Below, one piece after another: positions 40,078 to 53,391 of a stretch of 64,000 nt of DNA (position 1 is its first letter; each line of letters begins with the position of its first letter). Origin of the DNA: Schmidtea polychroa (taxonomy: Eukaryota); NCBI GenBank assembly GCA_044892525.1, contig CM097885.1:52454001-52518000 (forward strand). Direction: 5' to 3'. Both the position numbers and the translations under genes were made by a program. The notes under the pieces were generated by a model that was not told where the DNA came from, did not search any database, and worked only from the letters and a program-made list of their open reading frames with translations.

Positions 40078-43000
40078 CTCTGAGTTTATCCGACAAAATA
40101 TTCTGTCCCCCTATGGGTATTGCTCACAAGGGTACTACTCACATTCAACATGTCGCAAGGGTATTAGTCGTAAAGGTATTTAATGCTTTTATTTGAATGA
40201 TTATTTAGGCAAATTTGTTGTTTAAGGCATTCATTGATAATTTTTAGAGTTGATGGTTTTAGTAAATATTCAAGTAAATTTCTATCATTTTTATGAATTT
40301 CTAACATTTTCGTGAATTTCTATTATTTTCATGAATTTCCGTTATATTTTGTGAATATCTGTAATTTTTGTGGATATCTATTTTTTTGTGAATTTTTATC
40401 GATTTTTGTGGATTTTTATCATTCTTGTGAATTTCATGTTGATTGAAAGAATATTTAAAAATTTAATGCTAATTCTAAAATAAATTTAATTAATTTCTTG
40501 ATAATTGGATGTATTTTTATTGACTTGTTTTTAAATTTTAAATAAAAATTATTTTCAATGAGGTTAATAATTAGAGTTTTTACAATAATCAAGTGATAGG
40601 ATAAATTTTGATGAGGATATTGAATAATTTTCTAAGAATTTCATGTTGACTGATTAAAAATTTAAGGTTTTAATGGTGATAAATTTAATTAATTTCTTGA
40701 TAATTAGTTGTATTTTATTGATTAGTTTTTAAATAAAAATTAATTTCATTGACAATTAGGTTAATAATTAAGTGATAGAATAAATTTTTGATGACTTTGT
40801 AATGCATTTGAATAAATAATTTTCTAAGAATATTTACACATTGATGAACTTTTAAAACCTAAGCTAAGAAACCAGTTAACTTTATCAATGACTTTAAATT
40901 TACTTGATAATTATTGTAGGATATACTGAAATTTAGTTTGTTGTTATTGCTTGAAAATGATTGACTGAATCGATGAAGAATTATGATCAATCAATATATA
41001 TATCATCGGTAGTTAGGTATTTGATGGGTGAAATATTTGTAGGAAATAATGAGTTTATTATGTCTGTTACATAAGTCGACTTAAGCGTCAAAATGTGTTT
41101 TTAAAATATATTTAAATTTTAAAATACCGCAACGTAATATATTTTTTCCCTGCCCTTCCATGATTTTGATTGGTTAGTGGGCTCTTATTATTTAGCTTCT
41201 AAATTATTTCTATGGAAGAATGCCTGGTGTCTCTAACAGTTAATGAAAATTCATATTTTTGAAGAATTCTCTAAGGATTTTTAGATGATTGACTGAATTA
41301 AAGGGGATATAACCTCAATGGATATAGTTGGTTAGATATTGAAGTTTAAAGTGGTAGAAATATTTACTGAGAGATCGGTTAAGATGGGAATATTTCGTTG
41401 TAAGAGGGATATAGTCGGTTAAATTTAATGAGAGATGGGTTTAGATGGGAATATATGTTTTTATGGGGGGATATAGTCGGTTAAATTTAATGAGAGATGA
41501 GTTAAGATGGGAAAATATGATCTTTTGAGGAGATATAGTCGGTTAGATTTAATGAGAGATCAGATAAGGTGGGAATATATGATATTTTAAGGGTGATGTT
41601 GGTAAAATATCAATGTTTTATGGGAAATTGCAATTATTCAGTTATGAATCAATAATAATGTGAAATTATATCGTTTTATTAGGTTGTGATTAATCCATTG
41701 TATATTAATTTAGATTTATGGTTTATTAAGTAGGGATAATGATCGATTTACTTGGTTTTGACAATGAAAACTTTACAGATAATTGGGATTAACTTCAACT
41801 TTAAATTATTTTTATCTTTATTTAGACGGACAACGACAAAAGTTGACCATTTGAAAAAAGTTAATTTATTGAATGGATAAATTTAATCTTTCAATGGGAC
41901 CTAGCCAGTTATATTTATTTTAAATTTCGAGTACAGTGATTTACAAAAATTTACAGTGATTAACAAAAATTTTATTATAACCGGTTTTATCATTAGATTT
42001 TATAAATTATTTAGGGTTAATGATCAAATTATTTTACATGTTTTATAGGAAAATATTCGTGATAATAGGAATTAGTCATTTAAAAGGATTTTAAGGAATC
42101 TTATTAGTCTGAGGTAAATATATAATCTTTTAAGGATATTTATCGATAAAATACTAATCTTTAAAGATAGAGTTATTTCAGGAAAATTTGATGATTTTTA
42201 GATGATTTTAGTGAATTATTTGTAATAATATGGATTAAGGGTAGAAATATAGTCATTTAAGGGATTTTAAGGAATCTTGTTAGTTTGAGGTGAATATATG
42301 ATCTTTAACAAGTATTTATCATTAAAATACCAATCTTTAAATATTGATATATTTAGGGGCAAATGATTCTTTTTAGATGATTTTATTGGAGAATTCATTT
42401 GGATATACCGATTATTGTCATTTAAATGAATTTACTGGTTTATTAGATGTTATCATTAGTTATCTAGTCTCTTTTGGAATTTAATGATAATTATTTTTAT
42501 TGTAGATTGATGGCATTGATAATTTTAATGAATTTCTACTGAATTCTTTGAATATTTTGAGAAATCAGTCAATCAATTTGAGTACATGTATTACTTTTAA
42601 AAAAAAATAATTAAAATTAATTTTATTTAAATTAATTTATTCAATCTAAATCAATTATCTACTAAATCTTATATTATTAATTTATTATCTTAGTTGATTC
42701 AACTTGAATGATCAGTATTTTTTTTATTTACTATCCAGTATCTTACAAATCTTGCAAGTGACTTAATGATTCAAATTTAATGTTCTTTCTTGTCCATTAA
42801 TTATATTTTTTTATTTAGTATATTTTGAATAATTTAAATTTTTACAATAATTTAATCAATTTTTACCAAGTTATTGATGCCTTGAGTTCAAATATCTTAA
42901 AACTGCCTTGAGGTCAATTAATTTTTCATCCAATTTTTCAAAAGAAGAGTATTTTCTTTTAAAGATCAATTTGATAGTACATAGTTGTTGGTTGTAAGTA

Positions 43001-43718
43001 GTTGGTTGACTTTTTAGATTTTGATAAGAAGATAGTGTATGTGATGAAGAATATTTTGTATTTAATTGCTATTATTTTTATGTGTGGTTAGTTGATTGTT
43101 GGTACTTGGTATCTAGTTGTAAGTACTTGGTAGCAGGTATCTGGTTGTAAGTATCTAGTTGTAGGTTGATATTTGTTAATTTCTCGATGGGTTTTGATGG
43201 TGGTTGTTAGTACATGGTAGTAAGTGTTTAGTATTTTGTTGTTTGAAACCTAGTGGTTAGTACATGGTAGTTAATTAATGAGTAGGTGGGATTGAGTGTG
43301 ATCAATATTGCAAGTGAAGAGTATTTTCTTTTAAAGATCTATTTGTTAATACATAGTTGTTGATTGTTAATACATGTTCGTAAGTTACTGGTTGATGATA
43401 CTATATTGTTGGTATCTTATATTTGGTAGTTGGTACAGTGTTGTTTACTGATTGTTGTTATATAGTTGTAGGTTGATAATGCTTAGTACCTGGTTGTTGT
43501 TGGTTGTTAGTAGTTGGTATCATGTTGTTAGTATGTGACTGTCAGTTGTTGTTTGAAACCTAGTGGTTAGTACTTAGTAGCTAGTTAATGGGTAGGTTGT
43601 GGTTGAGTGTTACCAATACCTCTACGACTAGTACCTTTACGAATAGTACCTTTACGACTAATACCCTTACGACCAGTACCCTTAGGGGGTCAAAACATCC
43701 TGTCGGATAAACTCAGAG
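40078..43718. mobile_element. Full copy of TA-flanked TIR element X nested in element A (inverted partial copy 36816-39300)
   Basis: TA|CTCTGAGTTTATCCGACA ... TGTCGGATAAACTCAGAG|TA; subterminal AAGGGTACTxGTCGT repeats; non-coding. Confidence 0.7.
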
Positions 43719-44205
43719 TATAAATAATAAAACTGATCAACAATAAGTATTTATTGAATGCGATTTTACATTGCAATAATAAGTCAGTAGTTATCATTTA
43801 AAAGAAGAATCTTTTGTAAATTAGAATTCATTAGTCTTTTATTGTAATTTAAATTATCATCAATTCCACGTAGTGATGAGTTGACAATTATTCATTTTTT
43901 TTTGATGAAAATCATCATTTTTGTTAAATTTAGACATTATGAAAAGGTTTTTCTACTGATTGTAATTAAACATATTTTTGAAGACAGATAAAAAATTAAT
44001 TTAAAAAAATATAATTCATAAAATACAATAAAGAATATTTAGTTGAGTGTAAGTAGTTAGTTGTTTTTACTTGGTTGTTTGAGAGTTAGTTAGTACATGG
44101 TATCATGTTGTAAGTATTTGTTAGCACCTAGTTAAAAATATTTAGTAACCGATTGTTGGTAACTGTTTAATTATTATAATAATTATTATAATAATTATTA
44201 TTATA

Positions 44206-44293
<88 letters not shown>

Positions 44294-47200
44294 TTATTAT
44301 TCCATTTAAATTTTCATTTGACTTTGAAAAATATTTCATTGAAATTAACTTAAAAATTATTCCATTAAAATTTTTATTAAAAATTAACTTAAAAAATTAT
44401 TTCATAAAAATTTTCATTAAAAAATTTTACATTTAAAATTAACTTAAAAAAAAATTTCCATTTAAATTTTCATTAAAAATTACATTTCTCAAAAAATGTT
44501 GGTGGTTATTCAATCTTTTGATAATAAATTTAAAAATCTTACTTTAATTTACTTATTTAGCTTTAATTTAAAATTTGAACCATTGGTTACTTAATTTTAA
44601 ATTTTGAACCTTAATTTACTTATTTAAAATTTTTAACTTTAATTTACCTAATTATTTTTTATTTCTTAATTTTACACCATAATTTACTTAACAACTAAAT
44701 ATAATCCTTATTTTCATATTTAACCAATAATTTCATGTGGTCATCTGGTTGTAAGTGTTTGGTATCTAGTTGACAGTGCTTAGTACTTGGTATCTAGTTG
44801 TTAGTACTTGGTTGATAATGCTTAGTACTTGGTTGTTGTTGGTTGTATGTACTTGTTAGGTGGTTTTAGGTACTTAGTAGTTGGTAATTAATGCTTAGTA
44901 CCTGGTTGTTGTCGGTTGTAAGTATTTAGTAGGTGGTAGCTAGTTGGTTGTAGGTACTTAGTAGTTGGTTAATAATGTTTAGTACCTGGTTGTTGTTGGT
45001 TGTTAGTACTTGGTACCTGGTAGCTAGTTAATGGGTAGGTGGTTGTAGGTACTTGGTATCTAGTTAATAGTATCTAGTTGTAGGTATCTGGTTGATGTTG
45101 GTTGTATGTACTTGGTAGGCGGTAGGTACTTGGTAGTTCGTTGGTTGCTTGTTTTTGGTTGTTAGTACATGTTAGGTGGTTGTAGGTACTTAGTATCAGG
45201 TAACTATTTGTTAGTAACTAGTTGTAAGTACTTGGTATCTGGTAATTGGTTGTAAGTATCTAGTTGTTTGAGAGTTAGTTAGTACGTGGTATCTAGTTGT
45301 AAGTACTTGGTAGCAGGTAATTGGTTGTTAGTAACTAGTTGTAAGTACTTGGTATCAGGTAACTGGTTGTTAGTAACTAGTTGTAGGTACTTGGTATCAG
45401 GTAACTGGTTGTTAGTAACTAGTTGTAGGTATCTGGTTGTTAATACATGTTCGTAAGTTACTGGTTGTTGGTACTAAGTTGTTGGTTTGTTGTTGAATTA
45501 TTATTAAAATTTGTCTTTGAAAAATATTTCATAAAAATTTACATTAAAAATTATCTTAAAAATTTCCATCTAAAATTATCATTGAAAATTAACTTAAAAA
45601 ATTATTTCATAAAAATTTTCATTAAAAAATTTCAATTCTCAAACACCTATTATTTCAACTTTTTGTTAATAAATTTAAAAATCTTACTTTAATTTACTTA
45701 TTACATTACTTTAATTTGCTTATTTAAAAATTATTACTTTAATTTACTTATTTAACTTTAATTTAAAATTTTTTAACATTGATTACTTAATTTTAAAATT
45801 TGGACCTTAATTAACTTTAATTTAATTTTTTAGAACCTTAATTTAGTTATTTGAGTCCATTCATTACTTTAATTTTAAATTGTGGACCTTGATTTACTTT
45901 AATTAAAATTTGAACCATTATTTACTTTAATTTTAAAATTTGAACCTTAATTTATTTAGTTGAGCCCGTTGATTACTTTAATTCAATTATTAGACCTATT
46001 ATTTACTTTAATTTAAAAATTTGGACCTTAATTAACTTTAATTTAATTTTTTAGAACCTAAATTTACTTTAATTTTAAAATTTGGACCATTATTTATTGT
46101 AATTCAAAAATTTGGACCCTTTATTTATTCTAATTCAAAAATTTGGACCATTATTTACTTTAATTCAGAAATCTTAGCCTATAATTTACTGTAATTCAAT
46201 TTTTAGACCCATAATTTGCTTTATTTTAAAATATTTACCATGTTTTTTAGTGTAGACCAGCTTTTTGTATTGAAATTCTCAGGACCAAGAAGACCCTCCT
46301 GAATTGAACTAGAAAAATCCATGCTTTTTTAGTGATAATCGGATTTTTGTATTGAAAATAACCCGAGACCTTAAATTACCACTGTTTTTTAGTGTAGACC
46401 ACCTTTTTGTATTGAAAATCCCAGGACCAAGGAGACCCACCTGAATTTACTTTGAATATTCTATGCTTTTTTAATGATAGTCGGATTTTCGTATTGAAAA
46501 TATCATGAGACCTTTATTTACCATGCTTTTTTATTGAAGACCGGATTTTTGTATTGAAAATATCCTGAGACCTTAAATTACCACTGTTTTGTAGTGTAGA
46601 CCACCTTTTTGTATGAAAATATCCTGAGACCTTAAATTACCATGCTTTTTTATTGAAGACTGTCTTTTTGTATTGAAAATATCCTGAGACCTTTATTTAC
46701 CATGCTTTTTTATTGAAGACCGCCTTTTTGTATTGAAAATCCCAGGACCATCGAGACCCACCTGAATTGACCTAGAAAAATCCATGCTTTTTTATTGAAG
46801 ACCACCTTTTTCTATTGAAATTCTCATGACCAAGGAGACCCCCTCGCTATAGTGTGAATAATTCTTGGCTTTTTTAGTGGTAGTCGGATTTTTCTATTGA
46901 AAAAAAAAATTTGTATTGAAAATCCCAGGACCATCGAGACCCCCTCACTATAGTCTGAAAATTTCATGCTTTTTTATTGAGACCAGCTTTTTCTATTGAA
47001 AAAATTTTTTTTGTATTGAAAATCCCAGGACCAAGGAGACCCCCTCTCTATAGTGTGATAAAAAAAATTTGGACCAAAAATCCCTGAAAGCAAAAAATTT
47101 GAGTTGCCGCAATTGCGTAATAAAAAGTTGCCGCAAAAAAAAGTTGCCGCAGACCCCCCCCCCCGGGGTAATTGCGGCAGCGAGCTACTAACTACCTACT

Positions 47201-47977
47201 TACACTTTCGAATGTCGTTAATTCGGTAGACTTCCGTGGCGGCAGTGAACGAAAGCGACGTGGAAGGCAAAACGTCCGAACACCCCGAGTAAGTAAACTG
47301 TTGGGAAGCCATCGTGCTACAACATCACGCTCCCAAAATGTAAGTAGAGCAAATGTGGACCAAAATTGACAATGTTAATTTATATAGGCAAGATCGTAAA
47401 ATCGCTCTAGGCTTTTGATCTAGAAGTGAAATCAAAGATCCTTGAATAGCACACTAAATCTTCATCTAACTAATTTTCAGTAAGCTTTGTGCGACGAGGA
47501 AATTAAAATAATGACTATACTATTCGATAATTGGTTAACAGCTAACTTTTGTAGCAAAAATATGTTCAGAAGTGATTTCAGAAATAGATTAATTAATGAA
47601 GAGAATATTAAGTTAGGTTAGTTTTGTAATAAAATTATCCTTAGTAATGTTAAGTTCGTAAGTGGGTATACGACTAACACAGGATGCTTCTGATCTGACT
47701 CCAAAGATCTATTAGTTTCTCAAATAACAACTCAACTCGTTTTTCAAATAAACATTATTTGAAAATTATAAATACAGTGTGAGGTGTTTTCAGCTGAGAG
47801 TTAAATATTTCAAAAAATTATTAAGATAATTTTAAATGATAATTGATTATTTAAAATAACTTTGAAAATAATTTTAAAACTGAAATTTTTAAATTAAACA
47901 AACTTTTTAACCGGATCATTTTTAAATAAATATATTTTAAATATCGAAATTTTAATAAATGGTTTTTTGAAATATTT
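41234..47977. repeat. Right arm of the large inverted duplication
   Basis: Reverse complement of 32654-39300 plus 28895-28913. Has an extra 60-bp unit (~46621-46680) and a ~15-bp duplication (~47135). Confidence 0.95.
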
Positions 47978-50093
47978 GGCAAGTTTGGCAAAGGATTTCT
48001 AATCTGGTATCGAGTGAGGAGCCCGATAAATATTTTACTATCATAGACGAGTTAGTCGATAAAATATTGGGACAAGGAAAGTTTAACAGAATATCTTCTG
48101 GTACACTGCTGCCGAGAACTCTTTAAAACGAGAATTGTGTCTAAGTGACATTAAAGGAACAACAGAAATGAAGAAAAAAATCAAGAAGTTACACGAATCT
48201 CGTATAGTTGCAGAAGATATCTATGCAGTGAGAGAAAGAAGGCCAGAACAGAATATAACAAGAAGTTACAGAGACGCGGTTACAAATAAAGCAAGAAATA
48301 TTGTATCACCAAGATATAATAGCGAACCCAGAGAGTATCGAGAAGAAAGACCGAAAAGAACTAAGAACGAATGTTGGATATGTCACAAGGTAGGACATTT
48401 GAGTAGAGATTGCATAACAAAGAAGGAACTTACATGATTTACATGTGGAAGACAAGGACATGTAAGAAGTCAGTGTCCACAGATGCAGAGAAAGGTAGTC
48501 GAATGTTATGAGTGTTGTACTCCGGGACACGTGAGAAGAGATTGTTAAAATATAAGGTGTACGAGGTGTAGCTTGGGAGGTCATAAATATGCAGATTGAT
48601 ACAGAAATTTGGAAAGAATGAGATATCGGAGAATCAATGAGAATTTCTTAAGACATCAAGAGCGATATGAAGCAGGGCATGGTTATCAAGGAACTAGAAA
48701 GGATACAATACAAGCAGACAAGAGATACGTAGCATTCATAGCCGAAACAATTTATGAAAGAATAGAAGATAAATACAGAGAATACCCAAATATCAACGAC
48801 CCGATAGAAGAGGAGATAGTCGGGGCAGTGTGTTACATAGCGATGCTGACGCCCAAATTATTAATAATTATAATAAAAGTAAAATATCATGTATTATAGA
48901 AAAAGATGTGAAAGATAAAGAGATAACGGAAGAAGAAAATAATGTAATAAGGAAAGTAAACAGATTCATAAAAAAGGATTTTGCAGAAATAGAAATAGAC
49001 AAAATACAAATACTCACATTAGATGAATGGAAGAATGATATTATTAGTTATGATAAAATGCAAGGCCGACCAAGTGTAACTATTGAAATACAAGATCATA
49101 ATATGGAATGCTTGCTCGATACAGGAGCTACAGTAAATATCATGAGTTGGAGAAAATTTGAGAAACTTAAAGATGAAGAACTAACAACAATGACTGATAC
49201 ATTGAGATGTGCAAATAATAGTGTTTTAGAAAGAAAAGGTAAAGTGATATTAGAAATAAGAATAAATCTCCGGAATTGAAGGGTAAAGTTTACGATAGTA
49301 AGATATATGACTCCAGAGGTAATTGGTGGTATAGAGTTGCAATAACAATTTGGTATACAACTAATGTGTGGCCAGTAGAAGATGTCGAGAAAACGAAGCA
49401 TGAACACATGCGCAGTATCGAAGCCAAATTTGGGAGGACAATTACGGAGATGGAACAATTTCAAAGAGCACAGAATACTTTAAAGATAAATAACCGATAC
49501 TACTAAACATTATAAAAAAGAATCAAAATGTTTTTATTGATGATAAATGGGATATTGGCTACACAAAGCTGTTGAAGCATAAAATAGAAACTCAAGGAAA
49601 ACCGATAAATATTAAACTTGAAGACAACCAGTCAATTTGGAAGGTAAAATAGATGAAGCGACAAAAAACTTATAGGAAAACAATATTATCAAAAAGTGTA
49701 AAAAAAGCAAGATACCAGATTATGCATTGATTTCAGGCAATTAAACCTAGTAACAGAGAGACAGGCGTTCCCAATGCCGAATATAGCAGAGATGTTAGAT
49801 AAATTTGGTGGAGCAAAGTATTTCAGTTCGATAGATCTTGGAAATGCATATTATCAAGTAGAACTAGAAGACAAATCAAAGTTAAAAACGGCGTTTTCAA
49901 CCAAATCAGGGCAATACTGTTTTAGCAGAATGCCATTTGGAATAGCAGCGGCACCAGGTACATTTCAGGAACGAATAGAAAAAGTATTAATTGGTACGAG
50001 ATATGCAGCATTATAGCTAGACGATTTTTTGATATTTACAGAAAGGATCATTCATCACTACGAAGTTTTAAATGAAGTGCTGGATAAAATTGG
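47978..50093 (+). pseudogene. Host gypsy element, degenerate gag(CCHC)-protease-RT 5' part
   Basis: CWICHKVGHLSRDC knuckle, LLDTGA protease, RT motifs IDLGNAYYQV and MPFGIAAAPGTFQ; many stops and frameshifts. Confidence 0.9.
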
Positions 50094-50323
50094 GATTAGG
50101 AGGTTCATCCTATAAAACATTAAAATCAGTTTTTGTTTCCATAAATTTTATTTCAATAAATATCAAAATCAAATTATATCTTCCTTAATCTTTCTTATTT
50201 AAACAAATTTTCTACGAAGATATTTTTAATTAAAATATCTTCTTATTTTGTTTTTTTAAAAATTAATCTAAACTTTAATTTTTAAAATTTTTAATTTAAA
50301 AATTTCTTCATCATAAAACTTCC

Positions 50324-52309
50324 TCATATCCCCCTTCTTAAGAAATTTTTAAGTTTTTCCACATTTCTTTCGATCCTTTTTCCATCTTCATTTCTTAAGA
50401 TGTATCGTCTGTCATGCACTTTCTCTATCACTTTGTACGGACCTTCATACCTGTCCTGGCCTTTGTGGCGTGTTTCTACTTTTACTAATACTTCTTCTCC
50501 TACATTAAATTTTCTCCTTGTTTGTTCTTCTAGTTCTTCCTTTATCGGTATTTCTTTGGACCCGTACCATTTTTCCCTGCTAATCTTTTTTCCAAAAACT
50601 ATCTCTGCCGGGCTTTTCCCTGTCGTTTTTTGTTTGGTTGCATTTAAAGTGAATTCGACTTCTGGTAATATTTCTGCCCAATCCGTCTTCTTTCTATCCT
50701 GTAAAGTAGCATTTATCAAATCCCGTATTGTCCTGAATTGTCTTTCTATCTGACCGTTTGTTTGGTGATGGTATGGACTCGAAAAACATAATTTAATATC
50801 TAGCATCTTTGTGAATTCTCTCATCATTCCTGATTCAAACGCCTTTCCGCAATCAACTCTTATCTCCTTTGGGCATCCAAATTTTAAAATCCACTTTTCT
50901 AAAATCGTTTTCTTTATTGTTTCTTCGTCTTGTTTTGTTATCGCTGTCAAGACTTGATACTTACTATACTGATCTATTATGCCCAATATATACTTCTTAC
51001 GTACTTTTGTTTCTGCCAACGGTCCACATATATCCACGAATATAATTTCGAACATTTCCTTCGAATCTTGTCTTTTTACTGGATTTTTCGTTGTTATTGT
51101 TAAAGCCTTGGTTCTTTGACAAATCTCACAACTTCGAACAATCTCCTGAATCTTACTCCACAGGTGTTTTCCAACATATCTATCTTTCATATAATCGGCT
51201 ATCTTCTCGACTCCAGCATGACACAATAGTCTTTGTTTTTCATTTATTGTTTCTTGTAACTCATTTTCAGGTATCATCGTTTTCTTTCGTACTTCTTCTA
51301 CAATTCCATGTTGGATGTTGCTTCTTCCCTCTTCTCTGATCGAGTCTAGTAATCTTGTTTTTATCTTTCCTTTCTTAGCTTCTTCGTGAGCCATTTGACA
51401 TTGAACACACGTGTCACATTTAGTTCTCGACACCATGTCTGCATTTTGGTGATTAATACCCTTTCTGTATTCTACTCTTATATCTAAACTGCTCAAATAA
51501 TTGATCCATGTTTGGAATTGTGAAGTAATCGGCTTCTTGGTTGTCATCATAAACGTGATTGCCTTGTGGTCTGTCCTGAGCATGAATCTTCTTCCGTAGA
51601 GATAGTGCTTAAAATGAATGCAAAAATAATATACCGCCAATAGTTCCTTTCTTGTAATACAATATCCTTTCTTGTGGCTCGTCATCGAGTGTGATCCATA
51701 CGCAATTACTCTTTCCTTTCCATCTTTATCTCTTTGTGAAAGTACTGCTCCAATGGTATCGAAACTAGCGTCGGTATCTAAAATGAACTCCTTTTTCAGA
51801 TCCGGAAAACATAAGATTGGCGCCGTCGTGAGTGCTAATTTCAATCCCTCAAACACGCTATTCGTTCCTTCACTCCATTCTAATTTTTTGTTACTTGGTC
51901 CGCTACATAATTGTTCTAACATCCTTGCCTTCTTTGCATAATCACTGATGAATCTTCTATAATAATTGCAAATACTTAAAAAGCTTCGGAGTTTCTTTAC
52001 GCAATTAGGCTTCCCAAAGTTCTGTATGGCCTGAATTTTAGATGGATCTGTCTGTACTCCTTCCTTGCTGATTATGTGTCCTAAGAATCTGATTTCTTCC
52101 TTTATTATTTGGCATTTTTCTGGATTAATCCTTAGGCCTGCTTCCTCAATCTCCTTTAACACTTCTCCGAGTATTGTATAGTGTTTCTCTTTACTGCTTG
52201 AATAAATCAAGATGTCGTCCAAATACACCATTGCTCCCTTTATTTTGCATAATACTTTTGTCATCATTTCTTGGAACGTACCTGGTGCTGCTGCAATTCC
52301 AAACGGCAT
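50324..52309 (-). CDS. Gypsy pol: RT C-part (YLDD), RNase H, integrase
   Basis: VYLDDIL, LDTDAS, RKELLAV, RTDHKA, DICGP / IIDQYSK / VDCG / QTNGQIER, GPY motif. Separated from the upstream pol ORF by one stop. Confidence 0.9.
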   Translation of the reverse strand: MPFGIAAAPGTFQEMMTKVLCKIKGAMVYLDDILIYSSSKEKHYTILGEVLKEIEEAGLRINPEKCQIIKEEIRFLGHIISKEGVQTDPSKIQAIQNFGKPNCVKKLRSFLSICNYYRRFISDYAKKARMLEQLCSGPSNKKLEWSEGTNSVFEGLKLALTTAPILCFPDLKKEFILDTDASFDTIGAVLSQRDKDGKERVIAYGSHSMTSHKKGYCITRKELLAVYYFCIHFKHYLYGRRFMLRTDHKAITFMMTTKKPITSQFQTWINYLSSLDIRVEYRKGINHQNADMVSRTKCDTCVQCQMAHEEAKKGKIKTRLLDSIREEGRSNIQHGIVEEVRKKTMIPENELQETINEKQRLLCHAGVEKIADYMKDRYVGKHLWSKIQEIVRSCEICQRTKALTITTKNPVKRQDSKEMFEIIFVDICGPLAETKVRKKYILGIIDQYSKYQVLTAITKQDEETIKKTILEKWILKFGCPKEIRVDCGKAFESGMMREFTKMLDIKLCFSSPYHHQTNGQIERQFRTIRDLINATLQDRKKTDWAEILPEVEFTLNATKQKTTGKSPAEIVFGKKISREKWYGSKEIPIKEELEEQTRRKFNVGEEVLVKVETRHKGQDRYEGPYKVIEKVHDRRYILRNEDGKRIERNVEKLKNFLRRGI

Positions 52310-52333
52310 TCTGTTGAAACAATATTGTCCGTT

Positions 52334-53383
52334 CTAAGTTGAGAAAGCTGTTTTCTCCTGTGATTCTTCTTCTAGTTCCACTTGGTAATATACATTACCT
52401 AGATCGATTGAGCTGAAAAAGACGGATCCTCCTAACAAATCCAACATCTCGTCTATGTTTGGCATTGGAAATGCCTGCCTCTCTGTTACCGCGTTCAGCT
52501 GTCTAAAGTCCAAGCATAGTCTAATATCTTTTTTCTCTTTTTTCCATACACATATTAGCGGTGTATTCCATGGAGAGTTAAATTTCCGTATAATTCCATT
52601 TTCGTACAAATTTTGTATTGCTTCTTCAATCTTTGATTCCAAATTTAGTCGTTGGCGATATGGTTTTATGTTTATCGGCTCACCTCTTGTAACTATCTTG
52701 TGTTTTACCAAATGTGTGCGACCCACATCCCATTTATCTGCCATAAACACGTTTCCACTGTTTGTTATAATTTCCTTTAATTTGCTATCTTCATTGATCT
52801 TTAACTGCTCCAATGCTCGTATCAATCGTTCTTCATCCTTTATTTTTCTGCCAAATTTTGCTTCAATGTTACAAATATAGTTCTTGTCTTTTTCACTAGC
52901 CTCGATATCTTTAATTTTTAACAGTCTAAATCCAAATTTTTCTTGTAATTCGATTCCTCCAATCACGTCTGGTGTCACTTTCTCCGCCACAATGAATATA
53001 ACTTCCTTCGAAACATTTCCAATGGTTACTTGCACCTTCGTTTTTCCTATTGTCTCGATCGTACTCTCGTTTGCGCATCGTAACTTATCGTCACTTTTCG
53101 TCAATTGTTGTCCTCGTAGCTTGTTGAAACAGTTCACACTCATTACATTGATTCTTGCCCCAGTGTCTAATAAACAGTCGAAATTTTCCCCATTCATCCT
53201 TACTGTTATACTAGGCCTTCCTTGCATTCTGTTATACAAAATTTCAACAACCTGCTCCGTTTCAATGGTTCCAATTCTATCCACTTCCTCTTCAAACATT
53301 TCTCTCTTTAGGAACCTGTATACTTTCTCGCTTACCCTTCCAACATTCTCCCACTTTTCTGCCCCTTGAGGATATCCCATCAA
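52334..53383 (-). CDS. Gypsy pol: aspartic protease and RT N-part (ends at a premature stop)
   Basis: LLDTGA, SPWNTP, RLCLDFRQLN, IDLGNVYYQV. Confidence 0.9.
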   Translation of the reverse strand: MMGYPQGAEKWENVGRVSEKVYRFLKREMFEEEVDRIGTIETEQVVEILYNRMQGRPSITVRMNGENFDCLLDTGARINVMSVNCFNKLRGQQLTKSDDKLRCANESTIETIGKTKVQVTIGNVSKEVIFIVAEKVTPDVIGGIELQEKFGFRLLKIKDIEASEKDKNYICNIEAKFGRKIKDEERLIRALEQLKINEDSKLKEIITNSGNVFMADKWDVGRTHLVKHKIVTRGEPINIKPYRQRLNLESKIEEAIQNLYENGIIRKFNSPWNTPLICVWKKEKKDIRLCLDFRQLNAVTERQAFPMPNIDEMLDLLGGSVFFSSIDLGNVYYQVELEEESQEKTAFST

Positions 53384-53391
53384 ATTTTCTG

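Noticed and set aside
33416..47200. A single 13.8-kb Polinton with ~5.9-kb TIRs
   Set aside because: The flanks are inverted (AGTGTA / TACACT) rather than a direct TSD, and the symmetry continues ~780 bp into gypsy sequence. The true TSD partner of 47200 is at 20897-20902.
32654..47977. Palindrome as a pure assembly or fold-back read artifact
   Set aside because: The arms differ by SNPs, a 60-bp unit, a TSD-flanked 3.74-kb insertion and a gag deletion. An artifact is unlikely, though not excluded without reads.
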